DNA of 64,000 nucleotides from Adineta vaga (Eukaryota; Animalia; Rotifera): NCBI GenBank assembly GCA_021613535.1, contig CP075492.1, positions 6,262,001 to 6,326,000 of the forward strand, read 5' to 3'. Shown piece by piece: positions 51,531 to 64,000 of this stretch (position 1 is its first letter; each line of letters starts with the position of its first letter). The notes under the pieces were generated by a model. It saw only the letters and a program-made list of their open reading frames with translations, ran no database searches and was not told where the DNA came from. The position numbers and the translations under genes were made by a program.

Positions 51531-51946
51531 ATGTTTGCCTCTCGAGCAGTATCAACAAGTCATGCTGGTCACCGATGTGCATCATCAGCAAAATTCATCA
51601 CCGTACGGCGAGCAACTGAAGGTAAGAAATGAATCGATTTTGAAATCTAATCTTTCTTGTTTTTGAGATAGATCAACAGCATATACCTGATGTGGAAGAT
51701 GAACCACATCCGAAACGAAGTTTTGCTTGTGCTTTAGTATCGACATTATTTTGTCCAATATTAGGTATTTTTGCTCTATTTTATGCTATCCGTGCATTAC
51801 GAGCTCATCATCAAGGTTATTATGCTGAAGCGGTAACATTTAATAAACAAGCTACTCGATGGTCGTTGATAACTTTTATTATTGGTTTAACGATTGGTTC
51901 CATAATTGGCTTCATTTTCTTTGTGAAAACTGTTTTATTTATATAA
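51531..51946 (+). CDS. CD225/dispanin (IFITM/PRRT-like) small membrane protein, 2 exons
   Basis: ALVSTLFCPILGIFALFYA...GYYAEA...A plus a second TM; exons 51531-51621 and 51672-51946 in frame. Confidence 0.8.
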
Positions 51947-52431
51947 ATTTTTCGTCTACTCTTTGTGAACTTTAGTAACAATCAATATGAAATGATTTTG
52001 AAGAAGTCGAAAAAAGTTCGTCGAGAGCTAAGACAATTACTTCTATATTTCGTTGTTATTTTTTATTTCTTCGATATCACTATGTACAAATGTATTTAAT
52101 AAACAATAATATTTATTAGACATAATCAATAAAATATTCGTCGAAAGAGAAAAGAAAATTCTAGTCAAATGACATTAATCATGAGTAATGAAATTACAAT
52201 TACGTATTGGATTTCATCTATATCAATCTTCATTTTGAGAAGAACAAGAACAATTCTAATAAATGTCAATGAATGGACGTAGAAATCGTTTGTTATCTGT
52301 TGTTTTTCGTCATGCTTATTGCAAAGTTTGATAAAACGAAAAAATAATCAAAATAAATAAGTGACATTTATATAAAATTTCATATAAAACCTCGAATTTT
52401 AAAGATCAAATATTCATAAATCTCATGAAAA

Positions 52432-53278
52432 ATGTTATCTCTCATCTTGTTTCTCTTGATCACTGTTGTAAATTCGCAATATCTTTGGCCTTCGGGTTCA
52501 CAAAATTATCCATCATGGAATAACGGAATGCAACCGAGTAAATAGATACGAATTCTTCTACATTGATATGAATCATTTTTCTTTTTCGATTTTCTAGATC
52601 GAGCCGTTGTTCGAGGATATCTTTTGAGTGATGATCCAGCTGTATTACCATATGGATCACAAATAGTTGTTTCAATTAAAGACGTTTCTCTTCAAGATGT
52701 AGCAGCAGCTGGTCCATTGAATTCATTTGTTTTACATGGGTCCTATCGGTTTCCTATTACTTTTCAAATACCATATTCTATTGCACAAATTCAACAAGAT
52801 CCAAATGGTTATCGACAATATGCACTTCAAGCTCGAATCGAAAGAAACGGTCAATTACTTTATATCAATGATCAACATATTCCAATTCAACTAAATCCTG
52901 TTCCAATCAATCCTATTAATATTCCGATGAAAAAAGTTGGAACATCGATTTATCCGGGTAAATCTCGATTGATTTGATTTTCATCTTTTATATTTATATT
53001 CGCGTATAGGAGGAGTCATTAATCCTGTTTATTCAACAGTAACACCAGCAATAAGTGGAATATATATTTGTCAATTACGACCAGATCCAGGTGTTTGCTA
53101 TGGAAGTTTTGAAAAATATTATTTCAATACACAAGTACGAGCATGTCAAACTTTTACATATGGTGGCTGCGGTGGCAATCAAAATCGTTTTTCATCTCGA
53201 GATGAATGTGAACGTGCATGTTTTACATATCGACGACGACTCATTAATAGCAATTCTAAACAAGCCGCGATTGGCTAA
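52432..53278 (+). CDS. Secreted YbaY/YscW-like domain + BPTI/Kunitz fusion protein (244 aa, 3 exons)
   Basis: Exons 52432-52537, 52598-52957, 53010-53278. Signal peptide; LPYGSQIVVSIKDVSLQDV...FPITFQIPY...YALQARIERNGQLLYIND; Kunitz CQLRPDPGVCYG...YYFN...CQTFTYGGCGGNQNRF...ECERAC. Confidence 0.85.
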
Positions 53279-53602
53279 TCATATTCATTCTTTTCTATCG
53301 GTGTGAATAACTTCTTTTTTATTTTTTACTAAGAATATGAATGAAATTCAGAGAGAGAAAGAAAACTCTTTGATTATTGCGCAGTTTGAATGAAATAAAC
53401 AGATTGCTTTCATAATCAAAATAGAAAGACATCTATGACTTCGCCGAGCTTTTCTAGTGCTTTTCAGGACAAATCAAAGAAAAAAAAACCTTTTAAATAT
53501 TGTTTAATATTACAACTGACTTTACCCATCTTGATTGGACAAACAATGACTCATCAATCATTCATATGCACGCAATATCATTTTATCACATAAATATACT
53601 TC

Positions 53603-54484
53603 ATGACATCGAAATTCATCTCTGTTCTTGGAATACGTGTTCATTATAATCTTGCTATTCCAACAAATGAAAATTTATCTGAACAAACTGGTACTATACT
53701 TTTGATTCATGGTTTTCTTTGTAGTACATTTACGTGGCAGAAATGTTTACAACCATTAGCTGATAGAACGGGTTATCGTGTCATTGCATATGATCGTTTA
53801 GGATTTGGTTATACCGAACGAATTCTCGATGGTGAACGTTATACTCGTAAACAAGAAGAATTACTTGCATTTGAATTGCTCAATCAATTGAATTTCTTAG
53901 AGAATATTCATTTAATTTCAAGTTCATCTGGTGCTGTTATTGCCTTTGATATGGCGAGAAGTCGATCTGATTTAATTCGATCAATTGTCTTTGTAGCACC
54001 GTATGGTCTTATTAATGTTTCACATTCCGTTGGATCAATAAGTCGATTTCTTCTTGGTACAAAACCAATTCAATATTTACTTAAATTTGGATTAGAACAT
54101 TATCTTCCATTTAAAAAAGCTTATTATAATGAAGATCTTGCTAAAGATGAAACTATTCGTGAAGGTTATCTTAAACCTATTCATGATGATCCACTTTTTC
54201 TTCAAAGTTTTGTTCTTTTTACACAATATCATGATCAAACATCATCATCGACTGAAACACAATGGACTCAACTTAATAATGAACAGAAAATTTTGATTAT
54301 TATTGGTGAACAAGATAAAATAGTAGCAAAAGAAAATACAAATGAATTTTATCATATGTTAAAACAATGTCGTAATTCTGAAAGCCAAATTGAATATGTT
54401 ACAATTCCTCATTGTGGTCATGTACCACAAGAAGAACGAGCAGATGAATTAATCATGAGAATTTGTCAATTTTTAAAATCTTAA
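53603..54484 (+). CDS. Alpha/beta hydrolase, intronless
   Basis: LLIHGF, YDRLGFG, nucleophile elbow SSSSG, GEQD, CGHVPQEE. Confidence 0.9.
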   Translation: MTSKFISVLGIRVHYNLAIPTNENLSEQTGTILLIHGFLCSTFTWQKCLQPLADRTGYRVIAYDRLGFGYTERILDGERYTRKQEELLAFELLNQLNFLENIHLISSSSGAVIAFDMARSRSDLIRSIVFVAPYGLINVSHSVGSISRFLLGTKPIQYLLKFGLEHYLPFKKAYYNEDLAKDETIREGYLKPIHDDPLFLQSFVLFTQYHDQTSSSTETQWTQLNNEQKILIIIGEQDKIVAKENTNEFYHMLKQCRNSESQIEYVTIPHCGHVPQEERADELIMRICQFLKS

Positions 54485-55828
54485 TCTACACCTTGTGCTA
54501 ATAAAATCGTTTCTTTTTCTAATGGACTATAAAATGCTTCGTATAAATGTGAATACATAACTAGAAAATATCAATTTCTTTACAAAAAAAAATAAAGATT
54601 ATTAGAAATATATACTTAGATCTCCACGATTTAATTCAATTGAATCAATAATTTCACATCGATTTTCACATGGATATTTTGGTCGAAGTTCAATTTGACT
54701 TGAACCTTGAATTTGTGCTAACCATATCCAATTTTCTCCCAAAGGAATCTGAATAATACTAACTATTTCAAGCAAAACATGAATCATCATTTCAATTTAC
54801 TTTATGTGATCGTTCTTTTCCTTTATGTAAACCAAAGGATACAAAAAACCAATTGCCCATTAAAGTTTGAGCAACAGATGGTGGTAGAAAATAAGGTTTT
54901 GAATAATAGGATCGAAGAACTTTCAATGTTTCTCGTTTACAATTATTCCTACAACCGAAAAATATCTTCGAATCAATCGAGATTTACTTTACTTCATTTA
55001 CCATTGAGCTACAAATGGACGGCGCGTTCCAGATATATAATCATTAAACAATCGATCAACACCACCGGGTTGATTATATTGACGAATATTTGATTCAAAA
55101 CGACAGAGATCATGTACAGCAAGTATAGGATCTTCAATATAAAGCTAAACAAAATCATTAAAGATTGATTTCAAAATCAAAAGATACCAACTTGAAATAA
55201 CTTTTTAATTGTAAATTTCTTCATTGCTGGCCATGATTGTGTGGCATCATCGACAATCACAGGTAAATGATTGAGATAAATATTTTTCGTAAAATTAAAA
55301 AATGTTATATTAGATTCTCGTATAACTTCCGTTGTATTGATACATTTCTAAACAAAAGAATAAGACAACGATAATCAATCGATCGATGAAAATATCATCT
55401 TTGATTTACATCGCATTCTGATAATTCTAACGAATTATTATAATATGGATTGTTAACAAAACATGGACTAGTATAGATTGTTGTCCAGTTCCATAAAGGT
55501 AAAATCTAAAAGATGAAAACTTCTTATCATATTTCTTCATTCAATGTCGTCTTACTTTGATTAATATTAATCGTATAAATGATAAGAATAGAAAATAGAT
55601 ATTATAAATGAATTCATCGGATGAATATATCCAACATATTGAAAGACTTATGAATAGAAGTAAACAAATAATAAACCATTTTTGTTTGAAAAAATGCTTT
55701 TTCTCTTTTAATTCATTGAAAAATTTCGTGGAAAATGATGCATTGGCTTCTTTTTCGATTAATTCAAGTAATTCTCCAATTTGTTCATTGATATTCTTTA
55801 GAATATCCTCCTGATTTTCTTTTGTCAT
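54481..55828 (-). CDS. Uncharacterised membrane protein with degenerate JmjC/cupin-like region; multi-exon
   Basis: N-terminal TM region; LPVIVDDATQSWPAM; WLAQIQGSSQIELRP; last intron 54615-54561 and last exon 54560-54481 in frame. Confidence 0.65.
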
Positions 55829-56002
55829 AGAAAACTAAAACAAAACATATCAATTTCGAAACTTTAACAAGAACAGAACAGAAAAGAAACAAAAAACCAA
55901 AACGTTGGAACTTTTATTGCTATTTTTTTTCAATGCATATATGTTTGTGCAAAAACGAACATACAAAACAGTAATATCAATGAAAATCTCTCTAGAATCG
56001 AA

Positions 56003-56519
56003 TTAGATGTCCATGGTAAATTGATCATCACCATCTAAAATAGAATTCAATTGTAACTTCATACGAGTAGTTGAATGGTGTTTTCAAATACCTTTTTTAG
56101 CCAACGGTGATTTTTGTTGTTCGGAAGAATTCGATGCTTCTTTTTGATCAATTGAATTATCACTTTTCGACGGATCAGGAATTAATGTTACTAAAGAAAT
56201 GGAAATCAGTATTTTGAATATGAAATCAAAAAGTTAATCGAACTAACCTTCTGGAATGTATGGTAATTTTGATGGCGGCGAACGTGTCATTGGTGATTCA
56301 CGACGAGAGAGAAGAAAAGCTCGATCATAATAAATACGAGTTCCTAAAAGAAAAGAACGGGTTTTTTTTTCTCTCGAAAATTTTACAAAAGAAAGGTTCT
56401 TTACCGCCTGGTGTTGTTGAAAAGATACTACCACCGGGCGTTTCACCATAATGAAGTGGCATATCTTTCGGATCATTTATAACAAGACGACGAATGGGAA
56501 TACCTTCACTATTACTCAT
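56003..56519 (-). CDS. EIF4EBP: eIF4E-binding protein (4E-BP), 4 exons
   Basis: [24 protein letters not shown] (YxxxxLL), SP sites, C-terminal TOS motif FTMDI*. Confidence 0.95.
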
Positions 56520-56641
56520 TTTCGATAATTTCTGAAATAGAATAAAAACTTGATCAATGTATTTTTTTTTCTCATCGATATTAATATCAAAGGTTAAAGA
56601 AAAGATAATATTAGAGCAAAAGTAATCGAATGTCTGTAGAC

Positions 56642-56676
<35 letters not shown>

Positions 56677-56686
56677 TAGATAGATA
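56642..56686. repeat. Compound (TA)n(GA)n(GATA)n microsatellite
   Basis: Direct reading. Confidence 0.8.
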
Positions 56687-57245
56687 AATAGAAATACATA
56701 ATCCCTGGAATAAACAACAAATGAGTCGATGTGTATTTATGTAGCAGCAGTATCCATCGATTTTTTTTCTCGTTAGATACTATTGGTCGATAAATTGATT
56801 CCAATAAAAAATTCTTTTCTAGAGTCCGCTCTGTATCTGATATTGACTATAGTAGAAATAGGATAAGATTGAAAATATAAACTCGATTAACCATTGGAGA
56901 AAAATCAATCTGTTTTTCATGTAGGTTTCTTTACTAATTAACGATGCACTTTAGAAATACTCGTTCTCGCTGATCGTATGTAAAGTACAGGTGGATATTA
57001 AAGCACAATCAAACAATATTCTTATATGTCTTCATTTGAATAAATCGCGTAAAGATTTATTCCGAGAAAAATGTCTGTTATAGGAAGAAAGATCAACTAT
57101 ATCTTCATTAGTATAATTAAATTAAACGATATGTTCTTTTTCTTTTTAATTGGATTAAAACAGTTATTATTAAAATAGATATATACATATGAAAGGCGTT
57201 TTTTTGTCTATTTCGATCATTTTTCAACGAAAATAACAATGATTT

Positions 57246-58860
57246 TTAACATCGATCCATTCGTCGTTGTAATCGAATTGGTAGTTCTTTTGGTGCAATT
57301 GTTACAAGTTCAACAAGTTCTAAATGTTCATTTGCTGTTGTTGACGGTTTTATGGTATAATTTTGTAGAAGACCTATAATAGCTATTTTGATTTCTGCAA
57401 GTGCAAATCTCATTCCAACACAATTTCGTGGTCCAGCACCAAATGCTACCCATGCTAATGGATGTCGTTTCGTTGCAAATCTTTCTGGATGAAAAATTTT
57501 TGTATCCATCGGTCCCCATAGATCATTGTCATAATGTAAATTGTACATATCCAGAGTAATTTTTGTTCCAGCAGCAATACAACCTAATCCGGGTAGATAG
57601 ATTTCTTCTGAACATTGTCGATTGATGATTATTGGTGTTACTGGATACATACGTAAGGTTTCTCGAATAAACCAATCTAGATATTCCATTTTATTTAAAA
57701 GTTCATAGGTAAGAATTGTATCTTTTGTTATGAATGAATCAATATGATCTTGTAGTTTCTTTTGTTCTTCCGGATGTGTAACTAGAACATGTGTAACATA
57801 AGAAAGAGCTGTACTAGCTGTTTCATAACCGGCAATCATAAATAAATAGATATTTTGTTTGACTTCATTTATTGTTAATGTACGTTGATCATGATTGGTC
57901 TAAATCAGAAGAAAAATGAATTAAATAATCAAATAAAATTCAAATCTGACTTACATTATTCATTTGATTGATTTGTTTTTCAGCTGCATCAAGCATTAAT
58001 CGTAATAAATTGAATTCATCGGTATCATCAGATGGTTTCTCAATGAATTGTTCAACATTCTGTTTTAACCATTCACTCGGATCATCAGCAATGAGTTGTT
58101 CTCCCATTGGTAGATATTCACGTAATTTTAATTTTATATTATTAAACCAATGATGGATGAATAACCAACACGGTTGTAATTCTGGTATGAATATTCCTAA
58201 CAAAGTTGTTAGATAGGTACTATTTTCTCTGGCAAAAACTTGTTGTGAACGAAGTAGATATGGATTATTCGGATTACTTTGAATATCTGTTTTAATACCA
58301 AAACAACATCTCCAGATAAGATCCATTGTTAAAGATTTGTATAGTTTCGATACATCAAAACCGGATGGTTCTTTTTGAATACAATCTTCTAATTTCATCA
58401 TGAGATTTGAGATACAATCCGTTATCATTGGAATCATTCGTTTGATTTTCAATGGTGAAAATGTTGGATTAATAATACTTCGTTGTCGACGCCATTCATT
58501 TCCAGTTGCACTAAACAAATGTACACCGTTCCTCGTTGAACGATCTTCTAATGGAAATTGTCGACGAGAGTGAAATTTAGAAAAATGTTTCAGAAAAATC
58601 TTATCTAATATATCAGGATCCGATACAACTAGAACCGGTGTATGTCCTTCAAAATAACCGTAGATACGACCAAATTGTTTGGTCCAATTCTGAATTGATA
58701 TTGAAATACGTTTTGTCATAGCAAAATCAGCAACATTTCCCAGAAAAAATGTTGGGGGTGGTCCATCAATACCCAAACGTTTGAAAAAGAAATAGCATCG
58801 ATAGATATGAACCAAATAGATCATTACAATAATTGAGACCAAACACAGTGTCAGCAACAT
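57246..58860 (-). CDS. Cytochrome P450 (CYP3 clan-like), 2 exons
   Basis: N-terminal anchor, GPPP, WRRQR, AGYETAST, ETLR, PERF, heme motif FGAGPRNCVG. Confidence 0.94.
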
Positions 58861-59972
58861 GAGTACGTTCGATTTGGACTTCTTCACAAAAATAATGTAT
58901 GTAGTTGTTTGTTTTTCTGAGACTTCTTATACAGCAATAGTGTCTGGTCAAAGGCACGAAAAAAAATATCGTATCTAATATACTTTTTGATAATTGAGTC
59001 TGTGCAGCTGACTCGAAAATTTCACAAAAGAAATGACGACGATTGAAATAAATGTCGTTCTGTCTCGTCTAGTAAAAGTACTGGGTTTTTATACGAAAAT
59101 AACGAATTTATTTTTCTATGACCTCTTCTTTCCAATATACAGTAAAAAAATCATATCCAACAATTTTTTCGTCTGACTTGTTCTTTTTTTTTGTTGTTCT
59201 GTTTGTCCTCACATGATAGTTGTAAAGCAAATACATTGTACAATGGGAAAAAATCCAGAAATCAAAAGGTTTGCTTTTCAGGTGTACTTCCGTCCACGTC
59301 ATGTATTGGCACAATCACAAGACAAGTATATATCGTCATCACATGATTCAATATTTCATCTAATTTGTTAATAATTGATGTAATTATGAAGTCACTTCCG
59401 TTTTCTTTTTGTATTACGAATGACAGAATGTATTGAAAAATAAATGATTAATTTTTATATATGAGTTTTATTCTTTTATCGGCCTTCTAGTTAGATTAAA
59501 TAAAGCTCATTTCATTGAATACATCATGGTATATCCGTTTAGAAAAGGATGAAAATATAATTGAATTTTTAAAGTAATGATATTAATAATAGTCAAATGA
59601 CAATAGGAAATATGGTATTGCCATTGAAAACATGTGTCATATTTTATTTTGTTGGCAGCATATGCAAATTTTTTTCACCGAAAAAAAAGTAATTCTAAGT
59701 ATGTACAGGTCATGAAACCATACGCGATTTTGTCCGCACTTTGATCTTATTAATCATTCAAATAATCACATCGTGATTCTTATCTGCAATCTATATATGC
59801 ACCTTTAAATTTTCTTTTTGCGTCTATCGATTTTTATAACTCACTGCAATCGTCTGAGTACCTGAATATTTGGATTTATTAAGAAGTTTAGTTAACGTAT
59901 ATAAGTCATAGAAAATAAAAAAGAAAATATGTATGTAATCATCTTTCTTCGACGAAAGAGAGAAAAAAAGAA

Positions 59973-60686
59973 CTACATTACACGACAATGTCTGCCATGC
60001 TGTTGAAGACGTCGTCTCGCTTGTTGTGCTGCTTGTTTAGCAACTGTGTCTTCGACTGTTTCTAACATATGACAAACTTCTTTGAATAATAAAACTAAAT
60101 GCCAATGATATTTTGCAGAACATAAAATTGTATTTGCTTTGAACTTCTTCTTTATATATTGTAGAATATCACGAGAATTTGTTAAATTTAAATTTATTAA
60201 ACGTAAATCTGTCGTAATTAAATCGACTTTATTAGCAACAACAATAACAGGTAAATGAATGGAAGATTGATCATCATCATCATTCATTAAATCTGGATGA
60301 TTATCTATTTGTTGTTGTGAATAAGAATTATTATTATAATTTAATCGTACACGAATAATTTCACGATAGATATTTTTAATATAATTAAATGTTTCTTCTC
60401 GATTAACATCGAATACTAAAAGAAATACATGTGCTTGTCGAAAACAATACATTCGTACCCATTCTTGTTGAGGATCGGAATTATTTGTTTCATCAAAACG
60501 AGGTGTATCAATAATACGAATATGATATAAACGTTGACCATTAAATAATGATGTAAAATTATATGTTGCTAAACGTGTCGTAGTGTACGTTGATGAATAA
60601 TCATTTGATAGCCATTGACGAACAATCGATGTCTTTCCTACAGCTTTATCACCAAGGACAGCGATTTGAATAGGTTGATCACACAT
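59973..60686 (-). CDS. RASL10: Ras-like GTPase, RASL10-like, intronless CDS, CaaX
   Basis: GDKAVGKT, IIDTP, VANKVD, CSAKYHWHLVLLFKE (RASL10-like), ends CRVM. Confidence 0.75.
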   Translation of the reverse strand: MCDQPIQIAVLGDKAVGKTSIVRQWLSNDYSSTYTTTRLATYNFTSLFNGQRLYHIRIIDTPRFDETNNSDPQQEWVRMYCFRQAHVFLLVFDVNREETFNYIKNIYREIIRVRLNYNNNSYSQQQIDNHPDLMNDDDDQSSIHLPVIVVANKVDLITTDLRLINLNLTNSRDILQYIKKKFKANTILCSAKYHWHLVLLFKEVCHMLETVEDTVAKQAAQQARRRLQQHGRHCRVM

Positions 60687-61597
60687 TATTTGCAGTCGAT
60701 GACGAGTATCAGTTCATCTCATATTCTCCAAGTGTTTATACCCGTGAGGCAAATGATGGAAAAGATATTATCGATTATTTCCATCTTGCGATGTAATAAG
60801 AAGAAGAAAAAGAAATGTTCAACTAAAAAAAAAGGGACATTTTTAGTTTTTTTCTCCTCGTTCTTTGCTTCGTCTCCTTCTTTTTCTTTTTTTTTGTGTC
60901 TCAGTTTCCGGGAGTTTGGAAATGTTCTCGTCTGAATAAGCATTTCCATTCATTCATGCACCGCAAGTATTGTCAAACAACAAATACGATTAGATTGATA
61001 TAAAATCATGAACAGAGAACGACGAAAATAGATTTGAGATCAATAATAAAGTCACTCATCTTCTCGACTCGCTCATCTATTGTTCGTATTGCTGTCGGAC
61101 ATGAATAGTGTGGTTGTTTTTGAGAAGCAAAAAAAGAGAGAAACTATTGTTTTCTATTTCTCGAGTTGAATGATTCGTTTTGATCATATTCTAATATGAC
61201 TATACTGGTTTTACATCAAATGAGAGTTCCGTTTCTTTTTACTCCCTAGGGAGATGAAAAAATATATATATATATATATATTATATGAAATGTCGAACTG
61301 TAATTACGGGCTTTACTTCATTTTAAAGAGAAGAAAGAGGAAATTTCTATTTCCCGTATCTCGCTTGTTGCTAACGATGAAATGTTCGAATTGATCATTG
61401 TCAAAAATGATTAATGCATAATAATATTCTCATGTTTTGGAATGAATAAAAAACAACGATGAAGAAATTTAAAAAAAAGAAAAACGAAGGAAAGAGAATA
61501 GAAACATATGATACTACTAGTATTACAATTAGATTAAAGATAAAAAAAATGTATTGATGTAACGAAAAATGAATTTGATAGAGCCTTGATTTAGAAG

Positions 61598-62160
61598 ATG
61601 GATCAACCGAATAGTACACATGGTAGATCAAGATTACGTTTATACGAATGTATCTTCCTTTTTTTTGTAGTAGATTCGAATATTTCAACAAAATTAGCAA
61701 TTAGTTTTGGAATTTTAGGAATTATTCTATTAGGATTTGTAATCTTTTATTGTTGTAAAACAAAGCATAAGAGTATGTTGATGACGATTGAAGAGAATCA
61801 ATATTAATGTTTTATTATTTTACAGAATATAAGAACGATCGTCGTCGATCCAGTTCAAATTCAAGTCAATCTTATCAACAATTATACTTTTCTAAAATAC
61901 CATTTAATCAAATTAAAAATCTTGAACAACGTGTCATTGAACGTTGGTCATCGATTACTGATCCTTCAATGACATTCTATCGGTATAATTAGATAATATA
62001 TTCTATTCATTCTTATGACATTTTTATTTATTAATCTAGTGTTCATATACAAAATAATCCAGATAGCATATATCAACCTGTTAATGAAGAACGTTTACGT
62101 TCATCAATTGAACAATCAAAAGCAATGGAATATGTTGGACTTGAGATAAACTTTTTTTAA
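61598..62160 (+). CDS. Small single-pass membrane protein, 4 exons
   Basis: MDQPNSTH|VDSNISTKLAISFGILGIILLGFVIFYCCKTKHK|...TFYR|VHIQNN...EINFF*; GT-AG introns keep the frame. Confidence 0.65.
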
Positions 62161-62237
62161 TGTTATTTAATATGAATAAGAGAAAAAAGAAGAGAAAGTT
62201 CTGTTCATTTATGAATTCACTAATCGATAGAGATTTG

Positions 62238-63179
62238 TTAAGTTGCTATACGTAATGGTACAACTCGAAAACCTTCACCTAATAGTTTAATAACAGCAGC
62301 TAGTGCAACACAACTAACAACAGCTAATGAAGCAGCAATAATTGTAATAAAACCTTGTTGTTGAATACGTTGAAGTTTTTCTTTAGCGATAACAGCATAA
62401 CATCCATCCATATTATAGCGACTTGTTGGATTTGACGCATTACCATATACATCAAGACAAAGATTATTTTGATTTGAACGATATTTTTCATTACAACAAC
62501 TTATTGGTAGAAGAGGAATTGTTCCTGATTGTGATGGATTTTTTTGAGAATTTGTTATTTTGCCTTTCGTATTTCCTCCACTTGATGATGATGACGACGA
62601 CGAAGAAGGCGACGCATAGAATGAAGGATGTCGACTACGATAATCTTCAATTGGATCACTAAGACCACAACATTGATGTTGTTTTTCTAATCGTGCCATT
62701 TTAAGTGTATTATCAACATTAATATGATTACCAGCTACAATATTGTATTGTGTTTGATCTAATTCTTTTACCAATGTATTATTAATCGACCTTGGTAATT
62801 GTCCACTTGAAAGAGTTACAAATGACCAAATAGTGAATAGGATTAAACTCAATGAACAAAATATTAATAAACCGGCGGCTATCAATGTAAACATTCGATT
62901 CATATTGATTAATCCAATATTTAAACTAATAAAAGCTAAGATTGAAAGAAAACCAAAAGCAAGTAAAAATGCTGATGTTATATGCAATGGATGATGACCA
63001 ATATCAACGAAATATCGAAGATGACCAAGAGCCAAACCAGCATGTAAAAATAAAGTGACACTAACTAGAATAGAACCTGCCATTGCTACCCATAATGCTA
63101 TATGAAATAAAGTTCTTCTAGCTACTGCAGTTGCTTCAGTATTTGGAACACTAGTAACTGTTACTGGATGAGAGATCAT
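62238..63179 (-). CDS. Tetraspanin-family protein, intronless, Ser-rich insertion in the large loop
   Basis: Three N-terminal TMs, QCCG, PISCC, DGC and a fourth TM; likely ATG at 63179. Confidence 0.85.
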   Translation of the reverse strand: MISHPVTVTSVPNTEATAVARRTLFHIALWVAMAGSILVSVTLFLHAGLALGHLRYFVDIGHHPLHITSAFLLAFGFLSILAFISLNIGLINMNRMFTLIAAGLLIFCSLSLILFTIWSFVTLSSGQLPRSINNTLVKELDQTQYNIVAGNHINVDNTLKMARLEKQHQCCGLSDPIEDYRSRHPSFYASPSSSSSSSSSGGNTKGKITNSQKNPSQSGTIPLLPISCCNEKYRSNQNNLCLDVYGNASNPTSRYNMDGCYAVIAKEKLQRIQQQGFITIIAASLAVVSCVALAAVIKLLGEGFRVVPLRIAT

Positions 63180-64000
63180 TGAAATGTGTAATATACAGAT
63201 AGAATTCAAAGAATGATTTTTTAAAGAAAAGAGAGTATCGATACTTTGTTTCTTTTTTGTTCAAATAAATAAGATTGATCGAACGAATTGTTCGTTTCTA
63301 ATGAGTAACAGAGTCTATTCAGCTCAAATTACAAGTAAATGAGAGGTGATGATACAGCGTACGAAAGAACAAATGATAGTGAAATAGAGTAATAGTAACA
63401 GAAAAAGTACAGATTACAATTACGTGAAATTCACAGTTTGTATATCAACGTCGTTAATCAATTAAATAATATGAACATCAAGATGTGTATCTTATAGGCA
63501 CGTTCATTAAATCATGTATCGATGTACTTGTACATGTGTTCTTTTGTTTTCTCTTACTCTCTCACGTATGTTATGTCTTATCGACGAGCATAAGAATTGA
63601 TGAAAGTACCGTTCATAGATACAAAAACTTTTTCAAAATATCAACAATGAAAATTGTGTCAATTTCGATGTAAATATAAAATAACCGTAATAACTTAATT
63701 TTATAAAGTCAACATCATCAATGTTTTGCTTACATTTCATTTTAATGGTTGCTATTATTACAAAAAAAGAATGATATTTATTTTCGAAATCTAATCATTC
63801 TTGTTTGATTTCGATTTTGTGATAGATGATGATCAGTAGAGTTCTCTATTTATATGTACTTTTACCAATTAGTATCGTTCAGAATTCTCATTTTCGTGGC
63901 GGTACAATTACATGGTTAGTTCTTGTGACAAACTTTAATTGATTATTTTTGTAACTATTGACCATTCTGTAGGCGTCCATTGAATAATACTCCATCGGGT

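Noticed and set aside
1-64000. tRNA, rRNA or other structured RNA genes
   Set aside because: None recognised by eye; a tRNAscan-SE/Infernal run would be needed to exclude them.

Overview
AT-rich eukaryotic (animal) genomic DNA with many short (about 50-65 nt) introns. The mix of ordinary metazoan genes with intronless, bacterial-looking ones suggests a bdelloid rotifer (inference). Conserved genes include muscle myosin heavy chain, mitochondrial GPD2, MEF2, two tandem Rab GTPases, PRPF19, 4E-BP, a CYP, a RASL10-like GTPase, two 7TM receptors and a tetraspanin. The standout feature is a ~15 kb palindromic cassette (12719-27937). Its arms are two inverted, patchily homogenised copies of a 4-exon type II membrane gene, not apparent from the ORF track, with a cytosolic R-S-ExE ADP-ribosyltransferase, one TM helix and 21 extracellular FG-GAP/VCBS repeats. 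Between the arms lies a divergent pair: a helical(ARM-like)-TIR-SAM gene that keeps the NADase Glu and ends in a CaaX box, and a secreted, possibly GPI-anchored bacterial-type serine protease. An EGF relic and a RING/TRAF-zinc-finger pseudogene follow. This looks like a candidate membrane-associated, NAD+-consuming immune or signalling locus ('receptor ADP-ribosyltransferase'). Other oddities: a YbaY-like/Kunitz fusion gene, two convergent genes whose stop codons interlock in one TTAA, a 7-nt myosin microexon, a GC versus GT donor difference between the palindrome arms, and a MITE-like element. All calls come from reading the sequence and motifs by eye; no database searches were run.
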